This document shows positions 11,121-20,034 of a stretch of DNA of 64,000 nucleotides, piece by piece (position 1 is the first letter of the stretch; each line of letters opens with the position of its first letter). Source of the stretch: Candidatus Onthoplasma sp. (lineage in GTDB: Bacteria; Bacillota; Clostridia; Christensenellales; UBA1242); NCBI GenBank assembly GCA_045633705.1, contig JAZQYV010000010.1, positions 129,669-193,668 of the forward strand, read 5' to 3'. The position numbers and the translations under genes were made by a program. The notes under the pieces are model-generated. The model did no database searches and was not told where the DNA came from. It worked only from the letters and a program-made list of their open reading frames with translations.

Positions 11121-11713
11121 TTTTCTTCTTTTTTATTTCTAGTAATTTTGCCTGATAGGGAAGTTGCAAATTGGGCAGGAACGCCAAATAGGAATAACGA
11201 CCATAAATTATATTCCAACATTTGAAGGTAAACGCATAGAATCAATGTCCAAATAAATAAAGACACCGCGCCTATTACCATAGGTTTTTTGCCCCAAATG
11301 CCACTAAACACAATTAGCACAAGGCTTGAAACGGGTAAAGCCCATATCCAAATCATCCAATAATGCTTATTAAGTATTATTTTAAAGTTCACATATAAAA
11401 TTGCGGCTAAAATCCAAACCGATAACCACGCAAGCAACGTAATAATTAACTTGTTATTAAGCTCGGGGCGAGGTATGCGATATTTAGTTTTTTCTTCCTC
11501 AACGTGCTTACAAACAATATAGTCAATACCCACACCATACATGTCGGCAAGCTGTTTAAGGATTGCAATATCCGGCAAGCTTTCTCCACGCTCCCATTTG
11601 GAAATCGCTTTATCTGAGTAGTTTAATTTTTCAGCAAGTTCCAGTTGGGTTAATTTGTTTGCTTTGCGTAAATCTATTAAATTTTCTGCAATTATATTTT
11701 TCAATTCTTCCAT
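11117..11713 (-). CDS. XRE-family HTH regulator with a C-terminal multi-pass membrane domain
   Basis: N-terminus LTQLELAEKLNYSDKAISKWERGESLPD (Cro/C1 HTH), followed by about 4 hydrophobic helices. Confidence 0.85.
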   Translation of the reverse strand: MEELKNIIAENLIDLRKANKLTQLELAEKLNYSDKAISKWERGESLPDIAILKQLADMYGVGIDYIVCKHVEEEKTKYRIPRPELNNKLIITLLAWLSVWILAAILYVNFKIILNKHYWMIWIWALPVSSLVLIVFSGIWGKKPMVIGAVSLFIWTLILCVYLQMLEYNLWSLFLFGVPAQFATSLSGKITRNKKEEK

Positions 11714-11719
11714 ATTAGT

Positions 11720-11748
11720 ATTATACTACATAAAACGGCTAAAATCAA
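11720..11748 (-). promoter_or_regulatory. promoter of the XRE-TM gene (leaderless geometry)
   Basis: Minus strand reads TTGATT, 17-nt spacer, TATAAT, 6 nt, then ATG. No SD. Confidence 0.55.
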
Positions 11749-11926
11749 CCATTTTTTGCAAAAATTCTACTGTCGGTAGAGTAAATTTGTGACTCTACTA
11801 AGCCTTTTGTAGAATTCTACTTTAAGTAATTTAGGTTTAGAGCAAAAAAGTGCAAAAATACTTGGTTTTTTTAATATAAATGTGTATAATGACCTTGTCG
11901 AAAATATGGATTAGGAGTACAAATTG

Positions 11927-12706
11927 ATGGAACAGACAAAAAGGGTAATATATTATAATGACGAACTTAATGATGAATTTTCGGGTTCTGGTGTAAAGCC
12001 AAAGGTTATAAGTTCAAAGTATAAGTATATTAGTAAAAACCCAATATTCCACTTTTTTAGTTTTATTGCTTATCGTATTATTGCAACGCCAATTGCATTT
12101 ATGTACAAATGGATAAAAGGTATTAAAATTGAAAACAAGCAAGTGCTAAAAAAGTGTAAAGGTAAAGGCTTTTTTGTGTATGCTAATCATACTAACAGGG
12201 CAAGTGACGTATTACTTCCACATATTATCAGCTTTCCAACTAAGACTTATACGGTTGTAGCCAGTGAAAATATGAATATTCCTGGTTTGTGGGGAGCTAC
12301 AAAGTTGTTGGGGGCGCTACCGCTGCCAAGCACACTTGATGGTATGAGAAACTTTGTAAATGCTATGGAAAAGCGGGTTGTGCAAGGTCACCCAGTGCTG
12401 ATTTATCCGGAGGCGCATATTTGGCCATATTATACAGGTATTAGACCTTATAAATCAACTTCGTTTAGATATCCAGTAAAATTTCAGGATCCATCATACT
12501 GTTATACTACCACATATCAGCAAAACGGCAAAAAGAAAAAACCAAAAATAGTTATATATGTAGATGGACCATTTTATCCAGACAAGAAACTGGATTTAAA
12601 GGCTCAACAAGAAGATTTGCGTAATCAAATATATAACTGTATGGTCGAGCGAAGTAAAAATAGCAATTTTCAAATGATTAAATATATTAAAAGGGGAGAA
12701 AACTAA
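11927..12706 (+). CDS. PlsC-superfamily acyltransferase-like protein
   Basis: ANHTNRASD (HX5D, non-canonical spacing) and IYPEAHIW motifs. AGGAG SD lies 9 nt upstream of the ATG at 11927. Confidence 0.65.
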   Translation: MEQTKRVIYYNDELNDEFSGSGVKPKVISSKYKYISKNPIFHFFSFIAYRIIATPIAFMYKWIKGIKIENKQVLKKCKGKGFFVYANHTNRASDVLLPHIISFPTKTYTVVASENMNIPGLWGATKLLGALPLPSTLDGMRNFVNAMEKRVVQGHPVLIYPEAHIWPYYTGIRPYKSTSFRYPVKFQDPSYCYTTTYQQNGKKKKPKIVIYVDGPFYPDKKLDLKAQQEDLRNQIYNCMVERSKNSNFQMIKYIKRGEN

Positions 12707-13560
12707 TGATAAATATTTTATTTAGCGGAAATTCGTATGTGTTTGACGGAGTGATGACAACATTATTGTCAATTGAAAAGTATTGTAAGGAGCCTATTAA
12801 GGCATATGTGTTTACGATGGATGTAAGTTATTTAAATCCTAAATTTACACCTATACAAGATGATATGGTTGAATTTATTGACAAAATGCTAAAGGACACA
12901 AATCCTGAAAGTCAATGTATTAAGGTTGATGTTACTGAACTGTATCAAAAAGAAATGGGCGGCTCGCCAAACGAGGGCAGCTACTGTACGCCATTTACAT
13001 TATTGAGATTGTTGGCAGATAAAGTTGATGGTATGCCAGAAGATAAATTGTTATATCTAGACATTGACTTGATGGTAAATGATGATATTCGTAAACTTTA
13101 TGATATTGACATCACGGATTATGAATACGCAGCAGCAAAAGACCATTATGGTAAAAAGTTTTTGCATTCAGATTATATCAATGCGGGTGTATTGCTGTTT
13201 AATATGAAAAAGATTAGAGAAACTGGTCTACTGGAAAAGGCAAGAAAAATGATTAATGAGAAACATATGGTTTTCTCGGACCAAAGCGCGATATATAATT
13301 GCACCACTAAAAAATTATTATTATCACAACGATTTAATGACCAAAAGTGGTTAAAGAAAGATACGATTATTAGACATTTCTGTAAAACATTAAAATTGTT
13401 ACCTTATCCAAGAACTGTAAATATTAAACCTTGGAAGGTTAGCGATATTCATAAGGTGTTTGGATGTTATCATTTTGATGACGTGCTATACGAATATGTG
13501 TATTACAAAAAATTGTATGAAAAACAAAAAACATTAAAAGAGGCAAAAGATGAAAAATAG
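12706..13560 (+). CDS. glycosyltransferase family 8
   Basis: YLDIDLMV (DxD) and NAGVLLFN motifs. Start overlaps the previous stop (TAATG). Confidence 0.8.
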   Translation: MINILFSGNSYVFDGVMTTLLSIEKYCKEPIKAYVFTMDVSYLNPKFTPIQDDMVEFIDKMLKDTNPESQCIKVDVTELYQKEMGGSPNEGSYCTPFTLLRLLADKVDGMPEDKLLYLDIDLMVNDDIRKLYDIDITDYEYAAAKDHYGKKFLHSDYINAGVLLFNMKKIRETGLLEKARKMINEKHMVFSDQSAIYNCTTKKLLLSQRFNDQKWLKKDTIIRHFCKTLKLLPYPRTVNIKPWKVSDIHKVFGCYHFDDVLYEYVYYKKLYEKQKTLKEAKDEK

Positions 13561-13609
13561 AAAAATTATTAAAAAAGGTTATGTTTTTATTAACAATAAA
13601 GGAAGCAAT

Positions 13610-14590
13610 ATGAATAAGAAATTAAAAGAAGTTCCAATATTTACGGCAACAGATGACAACTATATTCCATTTTTGGCAGTAACTTTACAGTCTATGCTAG
13701 ATAATTCATCAAAAAACTATCTTTATTCTGTAAAAGTTTTAAATAGCGGAATAAGCGAAGAAAACGTCGCAAAAATTAAAAAGTTTGAAACAGATAATTT
13801 AAAGGTTGAATTTGTAGATGTTCGCAAACCATTGGAAGAATTGAATTCGCGCTTGCATACTTGCATTTATTATACACAGGCAACATATTATAGATTGTTT
13901 ATTCCTTCAATGTATCCTCAATATAACAAGGCTTTGTATATTGACTGTGATATTGTAATACGCGCAGATATAGCAAAATTATATAATATCAACATTGGCA
14001 ACAAATTAGTTGGTGCAACTACTGATGAATTTGTTATGAATTATCCAAGCATTCAACCATATTTTACTCAATGTTTGGGATTGAACAAGGTTAGCGATTA
14101 TTTTAATGCTGGCGTATTGGTTATGAATTTAAAACAAATGCGTGAACAAAAGTTTGAAGAAACGTTTGTTGACTTACTAACAAAGTATAAGTTTGTGGTT
14201 CAGGACCAAGACTACCTAAACGTGATTTGTAAGAATAAGGTGCACTACATTAGCGGCATGTGGGATAAAATGCCTTGTGTTGAAGACGTTGATGTAAGCA
14301 AGATTAATTTAATACACTACAATTTGATTTGGAAGCCACATAAAGCGGATATTCCTTATGGTGATGAATTTTGGAAATATGCTGATAAGACCGAATATGC
14401 ACAAGAGATTCGTAATATGAGAAAAAATTATACTGCTGAAAAATATCAACACGAAGTAGATAATTTCCATATGTTTATGGGCAAGATTATAGAAGAAATT
14501 GATAATCCTAATAATTACTATAATATGTATGTAAAATCTGAAGAAGATGGAGACGAAGAGTTTGCGCTTGCTGAAGTTGCAATGGCATAA
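13610..14590 (+). CDS. glycosyltransferase family 8 (paralogue of the previous gene)
   Basis: TATDDNYIP, YIDCDIVI (DxD) and NAGVLVMN motifs. GGAAG SD upstream of the ATG at 13610. Confidence 0.8.
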   Translation: MNKKLKEVPIFTATDDNYIPFLAVTLQSMLDNSSKNYLYSVKVLNSGISEENVAKIKKFETDNLKVEFVDVRKPLEELNSRLHTCIYYTQATYYRLFIPSMYPQYNKALYIDCDIVIRADIAKLYNINIGNKLVGATTDEFVMNYPSIQPYFTQCLGLNKVSDYFNAGVLVMNLKQMREQKFEETFVDLLTKYKFVVQDQDYLNVICKNKVHYISGMWDKMPCVEDVDVSKINLIHYNLIWKPHKADIPYGDEFWKYADKTEYAQEIRNMRKNYTAEKYQHEVDNFHMFMGKIIEEIDNPNNYYNMYVKSEEDGDEEFALAEVAMA

Positions 14591-14694
14591 CTAAATAATG
14601 CAGTGAATAGTGGGACTGGTCCAATATTTATTGCACAATCCGAATTTATGGATTAATTGTATAAATGATATATTTTTAAACAAAAGGGAAAATA

Positions 14695-15597
14695 ATGAAA
14701 CAAAATAATAAGGTGGTATTTGATGAAAATGCTGAATGGAAGGAGAGTGTTGGCTGGTCAAAACTTTCACCACAGCAACGAATTGAATTGTTGGAGAGGG
14801 AAGGCAAGTTTGATATAGACGTGTTTGATGATCCTCCAACAATAGAATTGTTACCACATCAGGTAGATTATGAGCAAAAAAAGTTGTTTACACGCATAAA
14901 ATCACGTGTTGCAAACTGGGCTTCGCAAATTGGTATAAATGGGTTTATCAAAAAAGGAATGTTTAAAATAAAAGAGATTAAAGGTCTTGAAAATTGGCAA
15001 AGGGTATCTACTGGAGCAATTTTAACCTGTAATCATTTTAGCCCCAATGATACATTTGTTACCCAAAAAATGTTTAAGGCAAGCCAAAAGAAGAAGTTGT
15101 TTAGGGTTATTAGAGAGGGTAATTATACTAATCCTCCAACATTAAAGTTTTTTATGCGCAACTGCGATGTATTGCCGCTTAGCTCAAATAGGCAAACTAT
15201 GAAAAACTTTTTGCGTGCGGTAGATAACATTTTAAAACGTGGTGACAACATTTTAATATACCCAGAAGAAAGTTTATGGCCAGATTACCGCAAACCAAAA
15301 CCATTAAAAGATGGCGGATTTAGGTTTGCGGCAAAAAATAATGTTCCAGTGGTACCGATATTTATAACGATGGAAGATGGTGAGTTTTTTAACAAAAAAA
15401 CAAAATCTACCCAGCCAATGCCAATATATACGATAAATATATTGGAGCCTATATATCCAAAACAAGAGTTAAGCCTAAAAGAAAATATAGAATATATGAA
15501 AAATATTAATTACGATATGTGGGTTAAGGTGTATGAAGACTTTTATGGTAAAAAGTTGGAGTATACCACAATTTGTAAGGATGATTTAAAAAATTAG
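14695..15597 (+). CDS. PlsC-family (lysophospholipid-type) acyltransferase
   Basis: CNHFSPND (HX4D) and IYPEESLW motifs. Confidence 0.72.
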   Translation: MKQNNKVVFDENAEWKESVGWSKLSPQQRIELLEREGKFDIDVFDDPPTIELLPHQVDYEQKKLFTRIKSRVANWASQIGINGFIKKGMFKIKEIKGLENWQRVSTGAILTCNHFSPNDTFVTQKMFKASQKKKLFRVIREGNYTNPPTLKFFMRNCDVLPLSSNRQTMKNFLRAVDNILKRGDNILIYPEESLWPDYRKPKPLKDGGFRFAAKNNVPVVPIFITMEDGEFFNKKTKSTQPMPIYTINILEPIYPKQELSLKENIEYMKNINYDMWVKVYEDFYGKKLEYTTICKDDLKN

Positions 15598-15611
15598 CAT
15601 AAGGAAATATT

Positions 15612-16538
15612 ATGAATAAAATAAGTTTTGTGGTTCCGGTATATAATGAAGAGAAAGAATTAGAGATGTTTTATCAACGACTATTAGAGACTGTTAAAAC
15701 CGTTGATATGGACTATGAAATTGTTTTTATAGATGATGGAAGTAAGGACAATTCGTCAGATATTTTAAAGCAAATTGCAACTAATAATCAAAAGGTCAAA
15801 GTGGTAACGCTTAGCCGTAATTTTGGGCAGCAATCTGCCATTATTTGTGGGTTTAAACAATCTAATGGAGATTGCGTAATCGAGTTAGATGTTAAGCCAG
15901 ATTTGCCTTTTGACATTATTCCGCAAATGATAGAAAAATGGCGATCGGGAATTGAGGTTGTGCACACTCAAAACAAAAACAAGGGCAATGGTTTTACTAG
16001 GTTTTTTAAGCGTATATACTTGAAATTTTTGAGTTGGGTTGCAAAGATTAATATCCCTCTAGACACTGATGAATTTAAGTTGTATGATAAAAAGGTTATT
16101 AATGAAATTTGTGCGTTGACCGAACAAGATAAATATGTAATGGCCATTACCTCTTGGGTGGGATTTAAACAAACAACAATTACATATTCAAATAAGATAA
16201 AATCAAAAAACAGGAAAAATATATTTAGAAAAGCAATGGGAGTTGCTAGCGCAGGCATTATTGGAAATTCTACTTGGCCGTTATGTTTAGCATTTTGGTT
16301 TGGCACGTTGGTTAGTATTGCGTCCACAATTTGTATGACAATATTTACCACTTGTGCTATGTTTAAAGTTTACTTCCCATTAACTGCTTGGCTGTTTCCA
16401 ACAATTGGAACATTATTTAGTTTTTTGTTTATGATACAATCTTTTTCTAACACATATCTAGGTAGAATATACAATGAGGTTAAGGGTAGACCAGATTATA
16501 TCATTTCCAACACAATAAATATTGATGAAAACAAATAG
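15612..16538 (+). CDS. glycosyltransferase family 2, polyprenyl-phosphate glycosyltransferase (GtrB/DPM1-like) with C-terminal TM helices
   Basis: VVPVYNEE, FIDDGSKDNS, and 2-3 C-terminal hydrophobic helices. Confidence 0.85.
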   Translation: MNKISFVVPVYNEEKELEMFYQRLLETVKTVDMDYEIVFIDDGSKDNSSDILKQIATNNQKVKVVTLSRNFGQQSAIICGFKQSNGDCVIELDVKPDLPFDIIPQMIEKWRSGIEVVHTQNKNKGNGFTRFFKRIYLKFLSWVAKINIPLDTDEFKLYDKKVINEICALTEQDKYVMAITSWVGFKQTTITYSNKIKSKNRKNIFRKAMGVASAGIIGNSTWPLCLAFWFGTLVSIASTICMTIFTTCAMFKVYFPLTAWLFPTIGTLFSFLFMIQSFSNTYLGRIYNEVKGRPDYIISNTINIDENK

Positions 16539-16619
16539 AATAATGCTAAAACAAAAATTGGTAATAATGTGTTATAAAGCAATTTTTGCAACTTAAATAA
16601 AATTTGTTTCGCTGCTTAA

Positions 16620-16645
16620 ATACAAGAATTTATCTTGTATTTTTT
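16620..16645 (+). terminator. Rho-independent terminator after the glycosylation cluster
   Basis: atacaaga-attta-tcttgtat followed by TTTTT. Confidence 0.7.
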
Positions 16646-16677
16646 GTTGTTTTATGCCGTTTGAGGGCTATTTTATT

Positions 16678-16706
16678 TGTCAAAAAGCAATATATTTGAT
16701 ATAATG
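16678..16706 (+). promoter_or_regulatory. sigma-70-like promoter of tex
   Basis: TTGTCA, 17-nt spacer, TATAAT. Confidence 0.6.
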
Positions 16707-16734
16707 TAATCACCAAACTTAAAAGGAAACTATT

Positions 16735-18921
16735 ATGGAAATTAATCAACAACTAAGTTTAGAACTTAATTTAAAACAACATCATGTAGATAATATTATT
16801 TCTTTGTTAGATGAGGGTTGTACAATACCATTTATTGCACGTTATCGTAAGGAACTTACTGGTAGCTGCGATGACCAAACCTTGCGTACATTTGCTGATA
16901 GATTAAACTATTTGCGTAATTTAAACAAGCGCCGTGAAGAAGTGTTTAACCTTATTAGTGAACAAGGTAATATGACCGATGAAATTAAAAAGGCATTAGA
17001 CGATGCAAATACAATTACCGAAATTGATGATATTTATCGTCCGTTCAGACCAAAGCGTAAAACACGTGCCAGCGTGGCTATTGCACGAGGCTTGCAACCA
17101 CTAGCTGACTTTATATTAGCTCAAGGTGGCGGAATGATTGAGATTGAGGCCGAAAAGTATTTAACGGAAGAAGTTGTTTCGATTGCTGATGCAATACAAG
17201 GTGCTAGCGACATTGTGGCTGAAATGATAAGCGACGATGCTGAAATACGTAAAAGTTTGCGTAACTATCTTGTACATCGTGGCGATGTGGAATGTGAACT
17301 TCAAGAAGGTGAAGAGGCATACGTTTATCAAATGTATGATAACTATAAGTCGCCTATTAAAAATCTTCCAAGCCACCGCGTACTTGCAATTAATCGTGGC
17401 GAAAAGGAAAAGTATTTAAAAGTATCATTAGTGCTTAAAACTCAAATAGCGCTTGATGTTATTGCTAAAAAGTATGTTAAAGAGAACAGTCCTTACGAAG
17501 AATTGTTAACGACTATTGCTGAAGACAGTTATGACCGTTTGATTTTCCCATCGCTTGAACGTGAAGTGCGCAACGAACTTACTGATACCGCAAGTGAGCA
17601 AGCTATTAAGATGTTTGAAGTAAACTTAAAGCCACTACTTATGCAACCACCTCTTAAAAATCGTGTAATTTTAGGATTGGACCCAGCGTATAGAACTGGT
17701 TGTAAAATTGCGGTTATCGACCAATATGGCAGTGTGTTAGATACAACAGTTGTATATCCAACACCACCACAAAGCAAAATTGAAGAGGCTGAAGCAAAAC
17801 TTGGTGCATTAATAGAAAAGCATAATGTAGATGTTATTAGTATTGGTAATGGTACTGCCACTAAGGAAAGTGAAATATTTGTAGCCAATATGATTAAGAA
17901 GTTGCCACGCAAGGTTGAATATGCTGTTGTTAACGAGGCGGGTGCCAGCGTGTATAGTGCAAGTAAGTTGGGGGCTGAAGAATTCCCAGATTATGACGTT
18001 GCGCTTAGAAGCGCAGTTTCTATTGCGAGAAGATTGCAAGACCCACTAGCCGAACTAATTAAGATTGATGTAAAAAGTATTGGCGTAGGCCAATATCAAC
18101 ACGATATGCCACAAAACAGGCTTACCGAAGTGCTTGAAGGCGTGGTGGAAGACTGTGTTAACAGCGTAGGCGTTGATGTGAATACCGCAAGCCCAAGCCT
18201 GCTAAGTTATGTTGCAGGTTTAAACAAAACTGTTGCAAAAAATATCGAAAAGTATCGTCAAGAAAATGGCAAGATTGAAAAGATTGAACAAATCAAAAAA
18301 GTTCCAAAACTTGGAGATAAAGCTTTTGAGCAATGCGCAGGTTTCTTACGTATTACTGATGGAACAAATATTTTGGATAATACCGGTGTTCACCCAGAAA
18401 GTTATGACGTGTGTAAGCGTTTGTTACAATATTTTGGTTTGACATTAAATGATGTTAATACTGAAAAAATGCAAAATTTTGCTAACGTTGTTGCAAGTGA
18501 AGGCATAACAAAAATTGCAAAAACAATTAATTGTGGCGAGCCTACACTGGAAGATATTGTTAAAGAATTGTCAAAGCCTGGTCGTGATATTCGTGAAGAC
18601 TTGCCTAAGCCAATACTTAAGAGCGAACTTTTAGATGTTAAAGACCTAAAGTGTGGAATGGTGCTTGATGGCGTTGTGCGTAATGTTATTGACTTTGGTG
18701 TATTTGTGGATATCTCAGTTCACCAAGATGGCCTTGTGCATATTAGCGAAATTAGTAAGGATTATATTAAGCATCCAAGCGAAGTGTTAAAGGTTGGCGA
18801 TAAAGTGATTGTTAAAATTATCGGTGTAGAACCTGAGAAAAAACGTATATCTTTAACCATTAAAGGTGTAACCGAAGAAGACATGGCAAAATACAACGAA
18901 AAGGTTTTAGGTAAGGTATAA
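16735..18921 (+). CDS. tex: Tex-like transcription accessory protein (YqgF/HhH/S1 domains)
   Basis: 728 aa. N-terminus IPFIARYRKE.TG, C-terminal S1 domain GMVLDGVVRNVIDFGVFVDI..DGLVHISE. Confidence 0.93.
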   Translation: MEINQQLSLELNLKQHHVDNIISLLDEGCTIPFIARYRKELTGSCDDQTLRTFADRLNYLRNLNKRREEVFNLISEQGNMTDEIKKALDDANTITEIDDIYRPFRPKRKTRASVAIARGLQPLADFILAQGGGMIEIEAEKYLTEEVVSIADAIQGASDIVAEMISDDAEIRKSLRNYLVHRGDVECELQEGEEAYVYQMYDNYKSPIKNLPSHRVLAINRGEKEKYLKVSLVLKTQIALDVIAKKYVKENSPYEELLTTIAEDSYDRLIFPSLEREVRNELTDTASEQAIKMFEVNLKPLLMQPPLKNRVILGLDPAYRTGCKIAVIDQYGSVLDTTVVYPTPPQSKIEEAEAKLGALIEKHNVDVISIGNGTATKESEIFVANMIKKLPRKVEYAVVNEAGASVYSASKLGAEEFPDYDVALRSAVSIARRLQDPLAELIKIDVKSIGVGQYQHDMPQNRLTEVLEGVVEDCVNSVGVDVNTASPSLLSYVAGLNKTVAKNIEKYRQENGKIEKIEQIKKVPKLGDKAFEQCAGFLRITDGTNILDNTGVHPESYDVCKRLLQYFGLTLNDVNTEKMQNFANVVASEGITKIAKTINCGEPTLEDIVKELSKPGRDIREDLPKPILKSELLDVKDLKCGMVLDGVVRNVIDFGVFVDISVHQDGLVHISEISKDYIKHPSEVLKVGDKVIVKIIGVEPEKKRISLTIKGVTEEDMAKYNEKVLGKV

Positions 18922-19095
18922 CAAAGCACAATAAATGTATTGTGTGGAGATTGGTATGAAGATTGAAGAAAGAAAAAAATGTATGTATGTAATTGAACGC
19001 TTAAATTCGGAGTTTGTTGCCAATGGCGTGAGTAACACATACATAAAAATTTAGAACAGTATTTTCAACTTTATGGTCATGATGGCGATGCGTTA

Positions 19096-19494
19096 ATGTT
19101 GTTAGTAAAAAACATCAAATGCAGCGAAGAGCAAAAACAACATATAGTGTCAAGGGTTCAAGACAAAATTATCGATAATGTAAAATTTAATCAAGACGAT
19201 GTTGAGCGCAAAGATGTTGTACAATATGTATACCAAATAGCAAGATTTGGTGCTTGTGTTGATTATGCAAGGCTAACTTCACAAATGCTAGCAGTTGCCA
19301 CGGAGAGCGAATTAATAAAATTGGCTCAAATTAAAGGCGTTGATGTTATGGCGATTTGCAATAAATTTACTGATGATGAAAAACTTAAATTTTTACAAGA
19401 GTTGCATAAGGTTGCCCCTTTAAAGTTTAAAAAGATGATAGCTGAAGATATAAAGTATTTAAAGGAAGAAGGCGTTATAATAAGTACATATTAA
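19096..19494 (+). CDS. hypothetical protein. Probably the 3' part of a frameshifted gene that starts at 18956.
   Basis: The ORF is open from 19036 and the ATG at 19096 has no SD. An SD-preceded 32-codon ORF (18956-19054) would join it if the A5 run at 19045-19049 were A6. Confidence 0.5.
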   Translation: MLLVKNIKCSEEQKQHIVSRVQDKIIDNVKFNQDDVERKDVVQYVYQIARFGACVDYARLTSQMLAVATESELIKLAQIKGVDVMAICNKFTDDEKLKFLQELHKVAPLKFKKMIAEDIKYLKEEGVIISTY

Positions 19495-19526
19495 AATAAA
19501 AAAAATGACACGTGGTGTGTCGTTTT

Positions 19527-19730
19527 TTAATTTTCCAAACCTAACAAATAATCAGTAGATACTTTAAAATAATTCGCCAATAATTTTAATTGACTGGCTT
19601 TAATATCTACTTGGGCGTTTTCCCAACGAAAAATGGAAGCAGAACTAACTTTTAGTTCCCTTGCTAATGCCTGAATAGATAAATTTTTATCTTCTCTTAA
19701 TTCTTTAAGTCTTTCAGCTAATATTTCCAT
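19527..19730 (-). CDS. XRE-family HTH protein (67 aa)
   Basis: LSIQALARELKVSSASIFRWEN...YFKVSTDYLLGLEN. Minus-strand TATAAT lies 6 nt upstream of the ATG. No SD. Confidence 0.85.
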   Translation of the reverse strand: MEILAERLKELREDKNLSIQALARELKVSSASIFRWENAQVDIKASQLKLLANYFKVSTDYLLGLEN

Positions 19731-19764
19731 AATAGTATTATATACAAAAATTTTTATAAAACCA

Positions 19765-19793
19765 TTGACATTTCATGCGTGAAACGCTATTAT
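19765..19793 (+). promoter_or_regulatory. promoter of the 19830 XRE gene, with an inverted repeat inside the spacer
   Basis: TTGACA, 17-nt spacer, TATTAT. The spacer contains TTTCA-tgcg-TGAAA (19771-19784). Confidence 0.6.
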
Positions 19794-19829
19794 ATTTCGT
19801 GTAAGGAATGAAAAATAAGAGGATATTAA

Positions 19830-20027
19830 ATGAAAAATTTTGGTATAAGATTAAAAAGGTTAAGAGAAGAAAAGGGGTTATCGGTTGAAGAATTGGCTGA
19901 AAAATTTGGATTAAAAGGTACACCGTTAATATTGTGGGAGCAGGGAAAAATAGCAATAACCATTAAAACTATCATTAAATTGGCAAAATATTTTAATGTT
20001 AGTGTTGATTATTTGTTGGGGCTGTGA
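19830..20027 (+). CDS. XRE-family HTH protein (65 aa)
   Basis: LSVEELAEKFGLKGTPLILWEQGK...YFNVSVDYLLGL. AGAGGA SD upstream. Confidence 0.85.
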   Translation: MKNFGIRLKRLREEKGLSVEELAEKFGLKGTPLILWEQGKIAITIKTIIKLAKYFNVSVDYLLGL

Positions 20028-20034
20028 TTTGCTA

